A stretch of DNA of 64,000 bases, from contig OZ316893.1 of NCBI GenBank assembly GCA_973895155.1, positions 8,619,839-8,683,838 on the forward strand, written 5' to 3'. The notes below the pieces were generated by a model that was not told the DNA's origin, ran no database searches, and worked only from the letters and a program-made list of their open reading frames with translations. Position numbers and translations under genes: made by a program. The DNA is from Marsupella aquatica (Eukaryota; Plantae; Marchantiophyta). Positions 37,345-50,458 of this stretch are shown here, piece by piece (the stretch's first letter is position 1; each line of letters opens with the position of its first letter).

Positions 37345-39891
37345 GCACACCCGAGAATGACCAATTTGAGGATGATCTTATAACAAGTGAGACAGAGACG
37401 TCAGCCCTGCTAGATGCGTATTGTGCAGCACAAGAGCGGCTTCAAAAATTGGATAAAGGCATAAAGTTGCCTGTGGATCAAGCACGAAATCAAGCCATGG
37501 CAATCTTTTGGGAAAATTTTGATGCCGTTTTAGTAGAGGAACGCAATAAAATGGATGCTACAGTTGCTTGTGCAGATCTGGAATTCCTTCAACATCGAAG
37601 AGAAGCAAAATTGGGATTATCAGATGCAATGCTGGAAGATTTTGTTACACCAATGTTAAATGGTTTAGAAGGCCTAAGTTCGTATACCAAGTATGACTTT
37701 GGATACTATTTTGAGGCAGCAGCCATTCCAAGGTGGCACATGTGGGAACAATTGCAAAAACTCATACCCGATCTTGTTCCTGAGTTTGTTCAAAATGATT
37801 TGGACAGATCATTACAAATCTTCAGGTAATTAATGGTTGACATGTTTATTTCAGTGTTCATTTTCATCAGATGCAGTGAGCTGAATGCATTCCATTAAAA
37901 TTATGATTTTTGTAAGTTTTCATTGTTGAATTTAACAACATACTGTGGATTGTTGAGCATTATTTCAGAGATTATTTGCTTACTCCATCATACGGGAAAG
38001 GGAAATTTTCAGAAGCCCGCATTATCTCTCTGCGCGACAAATACATTGAATGGATTGGAAAATGTCAGCTTGAAGAACCGATGCTTACAAGTTGTGAAAA
38101 TATGTACATTGAAGCCAAAAAAGAAACTGAAAGGACAAAATACTTGTTAAGGGTCCATCAGATTTCTGACATTGGACTTTCTCACTTTCGAAAACTCTAT
38201 AGGCAGGTTTCACAAATTTGAATTCAGGTAATGTAGAAACAAAAGAAACCCAGTCTTGAAAATGTTCATACTTATCTATAGCCTTGTTGTATTTAATGTC
38301 ATTTTGCATTTAAGTTTATACATCTAAATAACTTTATTTTGTCTGTGCAATTTTATGACGGTGATGAGTTAACTGCTATTCGAAAGATGTGCCAAGAAGC
38401 TTTGAGAAGACAAGAGATATTTGGAGATTTTGCAGCAAAGTTAATCTACACAACACATAGTGGAGAAGTAACACTGGAGGAATCTGAAACTGTAGATGCA
38501 AGGGGTGTCACAAGTTGATTGTTGACAGGGGCTTGGAAGACTCTGTACGTTTAGTGGAAGTGCAGTAAGTTTTCTTGATCATGAATCAATAATTTTGTTC
38601 AAGACTAGTCCGGGGACTAGTCATGCAATTCAACCTTGAATCATAATTAACATATTTATGCAATGTAGGAATTCCATGCAGTTTTCACAGAGGGATGTGG
38701 CGGGCTTCATCATCTTAATTCCAAAAAACAGTTTACAGATGAAGAAAGATGTAAGTCATAAATAACAATGTAAAGTTTTTAAAATATTATTCAATTGTAG
38801 TGTTCCAGACTGTTTCAGTGGTAACTTATATCATTGCTTCAATTTTTTTAATGTTATTGATTTTAACTAGGTTTTTACTTGTCATATTCCATCACGTTCA
38901 GCTTGTTGGTCAACTCATGTTTCTTCTCATATTGAAAAAGAAACAAGTTCATCGTCCAATCACAATGGCCACAATTGCTCATGCCATGGGTAAATGTCCC
39001 TCCCGTGAAGATATTTACATGCAAGTGCAACAAGAAAAAACAAAACGATCAATTTATATAGAAGATTTTCGAGCTGTTCGACCAACATGGTATGTAAATG
39101 TACCTAGTGGGAACCGTGCACTTTGTTGTTATACATTATTTCTATGATATTATTGTCTTCTCATTTTATACTATGATCTTAATTTTATAGGTAATGATCA
39201 AACTAATTTTTTATTGCAGGTATGGTTTCATGCAGTCTTTGATTAATGCTCCAGAAGAATCAAGAGAGGGTCTCATTGACAGCATGGAGGATATAATGTC
39301 TGAATATTATTGCAGAGTTGTAACACTTGACCCAAACTGGTCAACTGAAGCATTTCAGAAAGCAACTACAAAACTGTATGCAGATATCATATAGGAGACT
39401 CTATTTGGAGCTTGCAGCATGGTTGGTGCACTACTTCATGACGGATTCTTCTCATTGGCGAAGACTGTGATGGCATCTCCCTTCATTAACGAGGCTGAAA
39501 AGAAGCTTGTGTTGAAAAGTACATTTAAAGACGTCTCTGCGAAAGCCATGCAAGCATTTTTCAGTGCGCAACAAGGAATCACAAATAGAGAATTTTGTCA
39601 AGGGTCAGATATTCAATAGATTTTCCACCAGCATTGAAAGACTTATTTCAAGAAGCAATTGGTCAATTTTTTGGTGTTGAAACCTATAGATTATATAGGT
39701 TTATTACAGATGAGAAATACAATGCAGGTACAATATGTCATCTGAATTTTAGCCCTAGTCGACCTTCAAGCTCTTTGCCTATTGCATCCACCAGTTCTAA
39801 ACAAATTGATATTCCTGCATATCCAAATGTGGAAGTGATGCACTCCAAGTTGGTCATGGCTAGTTTCAACACCGCCTACGGCAAGTTATAA
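37345..39891 (+). pseudogene. HECT-domain E3 ubiquitin ligase-like gene, spliced and decayed (5' exons not found)
   Basis: Multiple GT-AG exons; E..VDARGVT (~38490, like HECT N-lobe 'VDAGGVTRE'); C-lobe LYRFIT...LPIASTSSKQIDIPAYPNVEVMHSKL...YGKL* like LPxAxTCxxxLxLPxY...KL; internal stops and frameshifts. Confidence 0.7.
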
Positions 39892-40499
39892 GGATTATTA
39901 TCTTCTGATAAGATTCAACAAAGGTAATTTTTCAACCGTTGCACGTGTTAATTGTATTGTGGAAACTCGTATTGTTTTTTCTCAGTATCATTATGTGAAT
40001 ATATTTCATGTTGTTTTTTCAGGATTTTCAGGTTATACACTCTACAAGAGACGATAGAAATGCAATGGCTTGGAAGGATCACAGAAGAAAACATTGTTGG
40101 ATACCGGATAGCCTCCAATAGCTATTTTTTATCTAGCTTGCTAATCATCAAGAATTAGTATTTAAGGCAAAAATTACTTATCTTTGAGTTTGGAGGCAAC
40201 ACAATGTACTTTGATTTTAAGTAATATGATTGAGAGTTCATTTCAAAGTTGACAGAAATTGCTATTTATTAATCTATCTTGTGTAATGGTTGGTAAAGAC
40301 TTTGGACTGTTCAAACTTCACAATAATGTCTCTATCATAGCCTGGATGGAACTGATCATTTTGAATCCCAAAACTTCTACCAAAGAGTCAGTTCAAAATA
40401 TTTTTGACACATTAGTAAATATATTAATTAACGTTCCATTGAGAGTAGTGGCACAAGAGTGTTTTTGTAGAACCTGCAAAGAAATAAACTGTCAGCTCT

Positions 40500-41170
40500 T
40501 ACAACCTTGAGGAGTACTTGCAGTTTCATCATGATTCAACAAGAAAGGCACTTCTAAGGCCAATATTGTCCAAAAGACAAGCATTGCAGGATGCACAGAC
40601 ATAAACATTTTCATCCTGATTGAACAAGAAAGACAGTTTTAAGCCCAATACTATCCTGTGCTTGGATGCCCAATATTTTCCAATCCAAAAGACAAGCATT
40701 GAAGGATGCAGAGGTATAAAGGACTTGTAGACCTATATAATTAGTAACTTTAAGCATGTCAACATTTGGGGGTAATTGTTTGTTCAGCAGTCAACACCAG
40801 GCCTCTAGTTGCTCCATAACATCTCTAATTTTGCCATTGAGGGATGCACTATTTGTCCTTTGAGGATCCCACCCACCTCAGAATGATATACTCCTTATCT
40901 CAATTAGAGTGGACTAATAAATTTCATAAAAATAGAAGGCAAGAAGGAGGTGCTTGTCTGTTGTGATCAAGGCCCATGTCCCAATGATAGACAAGTCAAA
41001 TCCATTGGGAAGAGTAAATCCATCAATGGAGGAGTTGAACCAACATGCAGACTTACTTGGCCATGGTTGAAACTCGTAGATATGGAGTAACAACATTCTT
41101 CCCGGATGACTAACCTAATCCTTCAGGTTGGCCTCTTCTTTCCTTGAAACTTAAAAGTATTGGCTGAGTA
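40500..41170 (-). pseudogene. Possible fourth decayed cargo ORF
   Basis: Frame of ORF 40914-41096 continues through TAG/TGA stops (...KHLLLAFYFYEIY*STLIDKEYIILRWWDPQ...); family not established. Confidence 0.3.
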
Positions 41171-42641
41171 AAGTACAAATTTTCTCCCCGTGTCTACGAG
41201 CCAACAAAAAGTACAGTTTGACAGTTGGACATTAATTTCTAGTTGGCTTGTAGATAAGGGGAGAAATTTTCACTTTACGAAACCGTATAGAGAAAAAACA
41301 ACTATGTAAGGAGAGAAAAAAAACATTCACACTTTTCAAGATGATTTATTTTGGTCAACTTTTTTTGCTTCTTCATTACGGACCCCACTAGAGGTCCCTT
41401 CCAAAATTCCTGGCACCACAGCGTGCCACATCAACAACAACCGTAACAAACAAGACTCGTCGGGTTTGTGAATCAAACTTATAATTTTCATTCGTGTTTG
41501 TGTCAATTTGGGGTGTAAATTTTGGGACGCCGTGCCATAAAAAGAAAAGTAAAAACATTGGAAATGCAAAGAGCAAGACGGTTAAAACTGTCAATATGTA
41601 ACCGTTTTAGTTACATTTCCAATTTTAAAAATTAAATTCAAAGATTTATAAAAAGTATTTTTCATATAATAAATAATGACTAATAACTAACTTGATAACT
41701 TCCTTGTTAAACCGCAACTCCCGGTATGTAAGGACCTCTCGTATTGTACGACCATTAATGTTGGGAAGAGCACATAGAAACCGAGGATCAGGGAGGAGGA
41801 ATGGCTGGAATCTTGAAAGTTCATCGAACTTTATACTCAAAACTATTTACTCATTCTCAAAACAAAAATACCCAGTCGTAGATCTCATTGAGATCTTTCT
41901 TTTGCACCCTAGATCGCCTTCTAACATGGATGAATAAGATTTCTAGAGGCATTACAAAATGGACAGCAACGATCGTAAAATCAACAAAATCATCGGCTAG
42001 GAAGGCTTGGATTTGTTTAATTTTTCATTTGAAAAATATTAACCCATTTGCAAAACGGACAGAACCCATCCATAGATCTATTTGAGATCTTTCTTTTGAG
42101 CCATAGATTGGCCATTATGATGGACGGACGAGATGGCTCAGATCAACTCTTCCCCTGATCTTATTAGCCAAGGGGTCCACAAACTAATTGATTTGGTATA
42201 TAAATGTGTTTTAATCTCAATCTTGATTGAACGTTATGTTTTGCTCTTTGAATTTTTTTTGTTTGGTGTAGGAAATATTTTGTGAGTTTTCACTCATGAG
42301 TAGAATTCTTGTGATTTCAAGGATTGAAAATTTTCAAAATATTGTACATATACAAAAATGAAGAATGAAATAGTTTTTGAATTTCAAAAAGTGGAGAAAA
42401 AATATGAATTTTGTTAGAATATTTTAAAAACATAATTCATGTGTGAATGATTTTATGTATCACATGATAATGTTCAAAATGTTTTTGTTGAATTACTGAA
42501 GTGAGTGAGAAATTATTTTAAATTACTTCAAACGCATGCAAATTACACTTTAGGGTATCCTACAAAATAAGTTGGGGTATTTGTATTTTTCTTGTGAAAT
42601 ATTGAATATTTTCTCTCTTTAGACTCTTTTTCTGGAAAAAA

Positions 42642-42667
42642 CTCCCCGCAACATTTCGAACACCGTA
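42642..42667 (-). repeat. Right TIR of the giant element
   Basis: CTCCCCGCAACATTTCGAACACCGTA, reverse complement of 13011-13036 with one mismatch. Confidence 0.85.
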
Positions 42668-43270
42668 GCATTCACAAAGAATCGATCAGGTCAAAAAGAA
42701 AGTTCTGAATGGTAAAACGTTCTCTCCTCTCTTCTCTGACTCCATCTCTGTTGAAGTCTCTGTACAAACTATCGACATGAAAGTTCTCGTACAGCTCGTA
42801 TGCCTTGCCCAAACCTTTACTCACAGTAAGATTCTATACATTGTTTGCTAGGGAGGGTCAAGCACATCATGTGCAAACAAAATATATGGTCATTTTAATT
42901 ACTTTGAGAAAGATTTAATAAGGTGATAGTGGAATTTCATATAGGGTTTTTGTTTTTACATTGCAAATTGAATACGTGTCATCATATGAACGATGTGGTA
43001 CAACTTTATTTAAAATGATCAAGGGGGGTCATAAACAACCCACATAACAGTGGAATTTTCAATTTTCAATAAAGAAGAACTGAAAGGAATCTTCTCGGGT
43101 AGTAGATTTCCCGTCGACTATACAAAGCTAACTAATGTAATACTACACGAAGTCGTGGCTCGTCATATGCAAGAGAGATAGAAAGAAAGCCACGAACAAA
43201 CACAGCAACCAGGATATGCTGTCTTTTGGAACCAGTTTCAATTGAAACCAGCAGTCCAGTTGTTACCGCC

Positions 43271-43645
43271 CTAATCTGTATTGGAAGTCAGCACTCTTTC
43301 GAAGTCCGCAAGCAGTGCGTCCAGTGGGGAGCCATAGATAATGATCAAAACGGGATTTTGGTCACAGGCTTCCAGGAGCTTGAGCATATCCTCGAGATCT
43401 GCTTTCATTCCAAGCGGGGCCTCAGCTTCTGATTCCGACGGACTTGTGTCTGATGACAATGAAGTAGACGAAAGTGCATTCTTCAGCAGCACAACCCGGT
43501 GGACTCGAAGGCGATTTGAGTAGGGGCCGAGTTGGACCGTCGCTACGAACTGTGCAACGTAAAGAGCTGCCGAGAATATGTTTCCGAGAGACGCCAGGGC
43601 AGAAACCAAGGCGAGACATGTCACCACAACATCGTATAGAGCCAT
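43271..43645 (-). CDS. Putative small protein (~124 aa) with hydrophobic N-terminus, unknown function
   Basis: ATG-started, GC/CpG-rich single ORF (MALYDVVVTCLALVSALASLG...); no recognised domain. Confidence 0.35.
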   Translation of the reverse strand: MALYDVVVTCLALVSALASLGNIFSAALYVAQFVATVQLGPYSNRLRVHRVVLLKNALSSTSLSSDTSPSESEAEAPLGMKADLEDMLKLLEACDQNPVLIIIYGSPLDALLADFERVLTSNTD

Positions 43646-44261
43646 CCTCGAGCTGCGATTGCTGCCGGCTCGACGTAGTGAAGAGTTCGAAGCCACAGAT
43701 TAAGAAGAGGCACAACAAATGGAACGCAACTTGGCTACCGGGCAAGATTCATCGAATACCGTTTAAACATTAAGGTGGCAGCAGAACCAAAACATCAGAA
43801 TGCAACAACTAGTCACTGTCCCTTTGAGCAGACAATAATCTGATAGATCGAAGAATGTGACAGACTTGTCTACCGGGACAGGTTGATCAAATACTACTGT
43901 CTAAACATTAAAGTTGGCAGCAGCATCGGAAACATGAGTACTAGCAGTGAGGGATTGCAACAGTCCGAGTAGACCTTTCCACCACGGGCCGTCTTCCCGG
44001 CTTCTCGCGTTGGTCACCAAATTTCTCTCTTGATTATGCAGTTGTGATATCAAGTTATATAGTCTGACTATGTACAACTATCTTGTACAGCACACGATTT
44101 CCTTCATCATTCATCATGTATATATATATATATTAAGATAACAATCTCATAGCGTTCCCGAATTATCGGGGGTGAACGCGCATTCCCGGACTTGTTCGGG
44201 AAAATGCGTGAATACTCAAGCCGCCACCTGCCGGGAAGACGGCCCGTGGTGGAAACGTCTG

Positions 44262-44388
44262 CAAAGATGGCCACTGGTGGAAAGATGGCCGCTGGTGGAA
44301 ATCTGCTGGAAAGATGGCTGCTGGTGGAAAGATGGCATCTGCTGGAAAGATGGCCGCTGCTGGAAAGATGGGCTGGAAAGATGGGCAT
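44262..44388 (+). repeat. Short tandem repeat GGAAAGATGGCCGCTG(G/C)T (~18 bp, ~6 copies)
   Basis: Visible directly; produces the repetitive ORFs 44107-44510. Confidence 0.85.
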
Positions 44389-44540
44389 TGGTGAGAAATT
44401 AGAGTGCATATATTATATTTGTATTGTTGTTGGGATGGATCAGAGCCCTTCAGTGGAGGATTTCCCATGGAATATGTATTTTTAATTAAAGATACCTTAA
44501 GAAGCAACATTTACAATCAAGTAAAGGAAAGCACGGTGGA

Positions 44541-44736
44541 CCCCATGCTCAATGTGAAGCCCCATGTATTGGCAAAGCTTGGATGGAGGACCCCATGCTC
44601 GTTATGAAGCCCCACGTATTGGCAAAGCTTGGACGGAGGACCCCTGCTCGTTATGAAGCCCCATGTATTGGCAAAGCTTGGATCAACGACCCCATGCTCG
44701 GTATGAAGCCCCATGTATTGGCAAAGCTTGGATGGA
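44541..44736 (+). repeat. 50-bp tandem repeat, ~4 copies
   Basis: CCCCATGCTCGTTATGAAGCCCCATGTATTGGCAAAGCTTGGATGGAGGA. Confidence 0.92.
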
Positions 44737-44885
44737 CTTGCTCCAAATGTTAAATCTTACTCCCAAAGAGCATTTACACTTTAATTTGACTGAAATGTGA
44801 CCTGTAAACGGTCTGGTTAACCTTACATCCTATTTCAATTTCAATCACATTACAGGACAGGTCTCCTTGGTGGCTTGAAAAACTT

Positions 44886-45079
44886 GTTTTTATTTTATTT
44901 GTAATTTAAGGGGAAATCTTACATCTCCTTGGTGGCTTGAATTTTTTGTTTATTTATAAAATTTTAAGGAGAAATCTGTGAAACCCCAAAGGAAGGGAAA
45001 AGCCCGTTACAACATTTGAACCCAAAACCTATGAATCACTACTCAAATGAGCTCCCACACAGCCATGCCTCAATGGGCA
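44886..45079 (-). mobile_element. tRNA-derived SINE-like element, copy 2 (older, tail region duplicated)
   Basis: Minus strand GCCCATTGAGGCATGGCTGTGTGGGAGCTCATTTGAG...GGGTTCAAAT; flanking GTGGCTT(G/C)AAAA(A)CTT at ~44870 and 45080. Confidence 0.6.
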
Positions 45080-47667
45080 GTGGCTTCAAAACTTAATTGC
45101 CTTGAACCTAAAAGACATCACAATGTTCATGCCATTACTTAGGACACCACTGGAACCCAGTCTTCAGTTGACCCACATGAGATATTCCAGATTTTAAGTG
45201 AAGTCATGATATAAATATGTACTATATTATGATATATGATAATGATGTCATAAAGTCTCAAACATTGTCAGGTAGTAGATTGGACATTGGACCATGCTGG
45301 AAACATTTCAGCTTAACTGCGGATCCAAAAGTACTCAATATAATGGACATATCCAAAGATATACAAGGCTTTTGTCTTAAGACAGTGGATAACTTTTATT
45401 GAAGGAAGTTGTCAAGACATCACATCCCATTTTGAAAATGCGCTAATTGCAGAGTTTGTGACAGGTGCTCAAGACGCCGGTCGGAAGAAAAGATGTCTGT
45501 CATCAGATTTCTTAGATTGACAAATGAGATTAAATGTTGATAATTAACAATGAGGATATGCACTTTTAACCTAATGTTAGTCAAGTGTTCTTTTGGGGTT
45601 TTGATGATGTTGTTTATAAGCAATTGGGGTATGTCAGCATCCTATAAAATGCATCAAAAGAGGTGTTTAGCCATAATTTTGTCATCTCAAGTTCATTTAC
45701 TTTTTAAAATTTGTTTGGTCAGTAGGTATAAAAAATAATGGTATTGGTCTCGTTTTTGTATTTGGCCATAGTTAAAAATTGAATGAGAAATTTATATATA
45801 CTGTTCTTAATCCTAAACTTGCTGGTCACGTTTTTTGTGTTGGCCATTTCTAAAAATTGAACGAGAAATTCATATATAATGTTTCTTAAACCTAACTTGC
45901 AACACCAGAATTTTTAGTTCTCCTGATACGCTCACCTGATTGTTGCATCCACATGCATCAGCAAAATAAGCTTACAGCTTATGGATGCAACAATATGGAT
46001 GCAACAATCATGTTCTTGCTGGAACGATTGGGCACCCATGATCTGTGGCCATCCAATTTCCGACTGTTCTGTCTACTTTTGGTTGTGACGATTGTCCCCT
46101 CATTTTGTGGCTTTGGTGTAAGGAATTGTCACCCTAGGTAAATGCAGATTTGAAGCAAAAGAAGACACTTGAGGCTCCCCTGCCACCCTGGGTGGAAACG
46201 GAGCAATTGCAAGATGGTGAGAGCAATCCTTGAAACATGTAGCAAAGGAATCTGATGTCTTTGTAGGTGGTTGACATGTATACCAAATGTGAGAGCACAG
46301 AGGATGCAAGGCGTGGTTTTGATTTCAACATGTTGTGGCAAGTAGCCATTTGGATGTTTAGGGTATGTTTCCCCCCATAACTCAGACAGTAACAGATGTT
46401 TTGATTTTGTCGTTGAACAAGAGAATCGCAACATGGTACAGTTCACCTCAATGCTGTGAAATCAAATTGAAGAGAGGAGTGTGTGGAAGTGTGGCTTAGG
46501 AATGGATGACCTTCAGGTACAGTTCACCAGAAGTGCCATCATAGCCTTGGATGCGTGGATGATATTGAAGCAGATGGGAAGATCATCCGTGCAGAACCCT
46601 CGCAAAGATACTAGAAAATCAGCCATGGACTGTCTAAAAGTAGACCGTAGCAGATGAATGACACAGAGGTGTGACAGCAAATCATCTCAGCGATTACAAC
46701 ATATAAACTATGGAAATTAAGACACTACATTTCACGTCTTTGACACATATACGCAGCCAAAACCGATAGCGCAAGTGAAGCCCCAAAAGTAATTGAACAA
46801 TCTCAATGTTAGTGTGACGTAATGAGTGTACATTTTCACCTCTTATCCTGTGATTGGATATTAAGTACATGGATCTGAGAACTCTAGTCTGTCCAACAGA
46901 TGATCTATAAACCAGCAACGTGCACATGGAAGAATTGAGCTCCGGACAGGTCCAAGGCAGCGTCAGGTGTGAGCTCTCATCCTTAATGCATCGACAGCCC
47001 GTGGAAGATACCATAGTTTGGCACCTGGGCGAGCTAAACAACTCCACATAAGCTTTTTCCTGACAATATTTTCAATTTGGGGAAGATTGCACTAGCTTCT
47101 TGATCTAGAAGCATGTCAGTATCTCCAAAGTGTACAGACTTCAATTCACGCATCTCAGGTCTCTGCGGTCTTCAAAGACGGATATTATACAGCGAATATT
47201 TCATACAGGCGAGCCAGCAATTTGACGCCGATTTTGGAGGCATTTCACTCCAGCACTCATCTCGTGCGGTGAAATGATTGTCCACGGTCCTTCCTTCCGC
47301 TGCCACATATCATTCTGGGTTGATCTATTCATGACAGTAGCGCACTTCACAGAAAGCAGTGCAATACAATCCTTGAATTGAAGAGAATATTTGGATCAAT
47401 TAAGTTTACAGTCCATCACCAAATTGAAAGACTTCTTCACCAACAGGAGAGGCTTGTAATGTTCAGGGTCAAAGATTATGATTGGGAGGATATTACAGTT
47501 CGTTGCAATGCGTAAGGGCATTTTGACAGGAAGGGATACATGTCACGCTCGAGGGGGACAATAGGCTCACGGATGGACAACCCTGTGCTATATCGTACTA
47601 CTAATTTGACTCCTGTTTTGACGGGCAAAGTGAAAAATGGCTGAAACAATTCACAAGGCTTGTCATC

Positions 47668-48761
47668 TCACCATATAGTTGGCTTCCGTTCAAACCCCTG
47701 AGGAATCTCATCTTTCCAGGGTGATACCTCAACACTACTAACTCTGGCTGCCGCCGGTCCCTGATGACACTTTTGAATAAGAGAATCCACGGTGGCAGAT
47801 TTGCCAGAAAACACAGCTTCTACTGACCCGTCTTTCAAGTTTCTAACCCATCCGTTTACACCAAGCTGCTGTGCAGTGTCGACTGTCCAGTTGCGGTAGT
47901 ACACTCCTTGAACCTTTCCTTTAATGATCACATTAACCTGATCCACAAATCCCCAAACCCTGAGTGACGAATGTCCATATTCATTAAAGCCATCCCACTT
48001 TCTGCATCAGTGAACCATGCATTGCTAACCTAACATGAGAAAGTTCTCGGCAAATCATAAGTCGCTCAGCACTATCTGCACACCGTGAACAGGCAGGGAG
48101 CAAGAAATGACCCGGTTTCAATTTCCGACACAAACACAGTCAGCTCCCCTATCTCTGTTCAGAATTGTACCAGGAGAGGGATACAGAAACTGATAACGGG
48201 TGGAATACCTGAATCTAAGTCCACTGTAGAACACCCAGTTTACGTTATCACTCTCAACAGAACTGACTGAGAACGAGATATAGCGAGCGATCGGAATTCC
48301 GACAGATTGGTGAATTCATCAAGAAATTGATTTTGGGTGGAGGGCCAGAGAATACCAAGCGGGACAAAGAGCCCCTCTGAGAGTTCGAAAACTAAAGCTC
48401 GGCCAACGGTAACCCTGAGCATAGTAAGCGTCAATCACCAGCCATGGCATAATGATGCTTTCAAATGAATTGTCCGAACCTTTGCTCACAGTAAGATTCC
48501 ATATATTTCAGTATCACGCATGTGAGGAGCTCGAAGTCTAGTCAATGTCACAAGAGTTTAGGTCGTCAACGCGGTTTAGGCTAAGGGAAATGGGGACTTT
48601 TCTCTAAAAGAAATGTTTGAAGCTGTGGTCTAGCAGTATGCACATTCGAGCCATCTGGAGGGATCAACGTCGAGCGGTTTAGCTTGCCCTTCGACTACAC
48701 AGCTAACAATCTCCTCACGAACTTGCTACTTACCACTGCGCTTCATATGATATGCGCGATG

Positions 48762-48841
<80 letters not shown>

Positions 48842-49154
48842 CAGAGAAGCAAAGGCGTACCGTTTTAGAGGCGATTTCCGCATCGCCATCTTTGGAGGCC
48901 ACGGAGGGCTCTTCGGCGGGTGCGGAGCTCATACTCAGAGCACCTGGGCCAAGACGACGACCAGCAGCAGCAGCAGCAGCACTGTGATTGTGAAGTGCCA
49001 ACCTCCCGAATTGACGACCACAAGAGGAATCAGTTCGCGGTGCAGAGCATGACGACGCCTGGTACTCAAACTCTGGCAGGATTGGCGGAAGGGGGCCCCG
49101 AACAATCCCGCAAGCAGGACGCGCTGAGAACAACAACAACGGTGCCAACACCAT
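47668..49154 (-). CDS. ACYP: Acylphosphatase with N-terminal transit-peptide-like extension (exons 49154-48861 and 47937-47668, ~187 aa)
   Basis: GKVQGVYYR and GWVRNLKDGSVEA signatures; phase-0 GT-AG intron; start codon inferred. Confidence 0.9.
48765..48838 (+). repeat. (AG)37 microsatellite in the acylphosphatase intron
   Basis: Visible directly. Confidence 0.98.
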
Positions 49155-50458
49155 TATTGGAATTCCGGAAGGTTTTCCTCCACAAGGTCCGCCATTCTTC
49201 GAAGCTGCGAGGTGCAATTGTGTGGTTTTGGAAGAGGTGGTTGATAGTTGTTCGTTACTATTGATCGGGGAGCTTTGGACGTTTGGTGGGGTCTGAACTT
49301 TCCTCCACACGCGTCACGTCACCATTGGGCACGGTGTAAATTTATTAACTCCCCCTCTTCTTTAACGATATATGTTTTATGGTAATACTAACTTGAATGC
49401 TAATAGAAACGACTAGCGTGATTACCAGACCCTGAAGACACTAAAAAGTCTTGAAATAAAAGAATTCTACACTGTTCCCTACATTTTTGTCCCATCCCTG
49501 ATTTTTAGCCAGTCTTTTTCATTTGTCTTTATTTGGAGTCAATGTCGTGTCACTTTCTTTCATCTTGGCTCCTGTCCCTATTTTTTGTTCACCCTTATGT
49601 GTGTTGTCATTGTCACTTTTGTCTTTGTTAAGAGTTATGGTCTACAGACTTCACTTTACACCATAGGCTTTTAAAATAGCTTCCCTTTGCTAACTATTAG
49701 TAAGATGACAAAAATAATCATACATGATTATCATTTTGACATTGTGTCTAAGTGTGTGTCTAATTGTAGGCTCACAGGACAACACCCCAAGCTTGCACTT
49801 ATCCACGTTTTGTACTTCATCATAAGTGCATGTTGCACTTATCCATATGTGTGTGTTGCACTTTCCAATAAGTGCCAATGAAATCACTTAATATGCACTT
49901 CCACAAATGTCTTGTCAGGTCATTTGCATTGACTTCTCATACCCAGAATCCTTGTGGTGCACAATTTGACTGGATAATGGCATGAAACTACAATGTGTAG
50001 TCATCTGTTGCACTTATCAATAAATGCTTCTAACATATGTGTTGCAGTCATTGATTGTGCATCTGTACTCTTATAGACGGAAAATGCCCTTATGTATTTG
50101 TTGCTTAGTGAAGAGTGACCTGCATTTATAGACAATGCATTTTTTTGGAGCATTTACAAAGGAATTTGCTGTATTATCGAGGGACTACACGATCACCTTG
50201 CAGTTACCCACGGAATGCAGTTATACACGTTGCACTTATCCATGGTAGACTGTCCATAACATTTCATTGTTTTTTGTGTCCAAAATTTTCTCTAGATTCA
50301 CAGTCTAGAGGCTTCACTCCAGAAGCCTAGACACAATTCTAGCTTCTCATCACCATTTATTAGTAAACTTTTCCACAATGACAGAAAGAAGAAATCATAG
50401 GTGCCGAATGCATCAAGAGAAATTTCTGGATGCTCATCTTAAGAGCTGTCTTCAATGG

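Larger units (their letters stand above)
13011..42667. mobile_element. Giant (~29.7 kb) IS3EU-like DNA transposon with cargo genes and nested TEs
   Basis: TIRs TACGGTGTT(T/C)GAAATGTTGCGGGGAG (25/26 match); 6-bp TSD GCGTTC (13005-13010) / GCATTC (42668-42673); internal DDE integrase-type gene. Confidence 0.8.

Noticed and set aside
13011-42667. Tc1/mariner interpretation (TA TSD with CGGTG ends)
   Set aside because: A 6-bp near-perfect direct repeat lies outside the TA, and the internal enzyme is integrase/IS3-like rather than DD34E/D mariner-type
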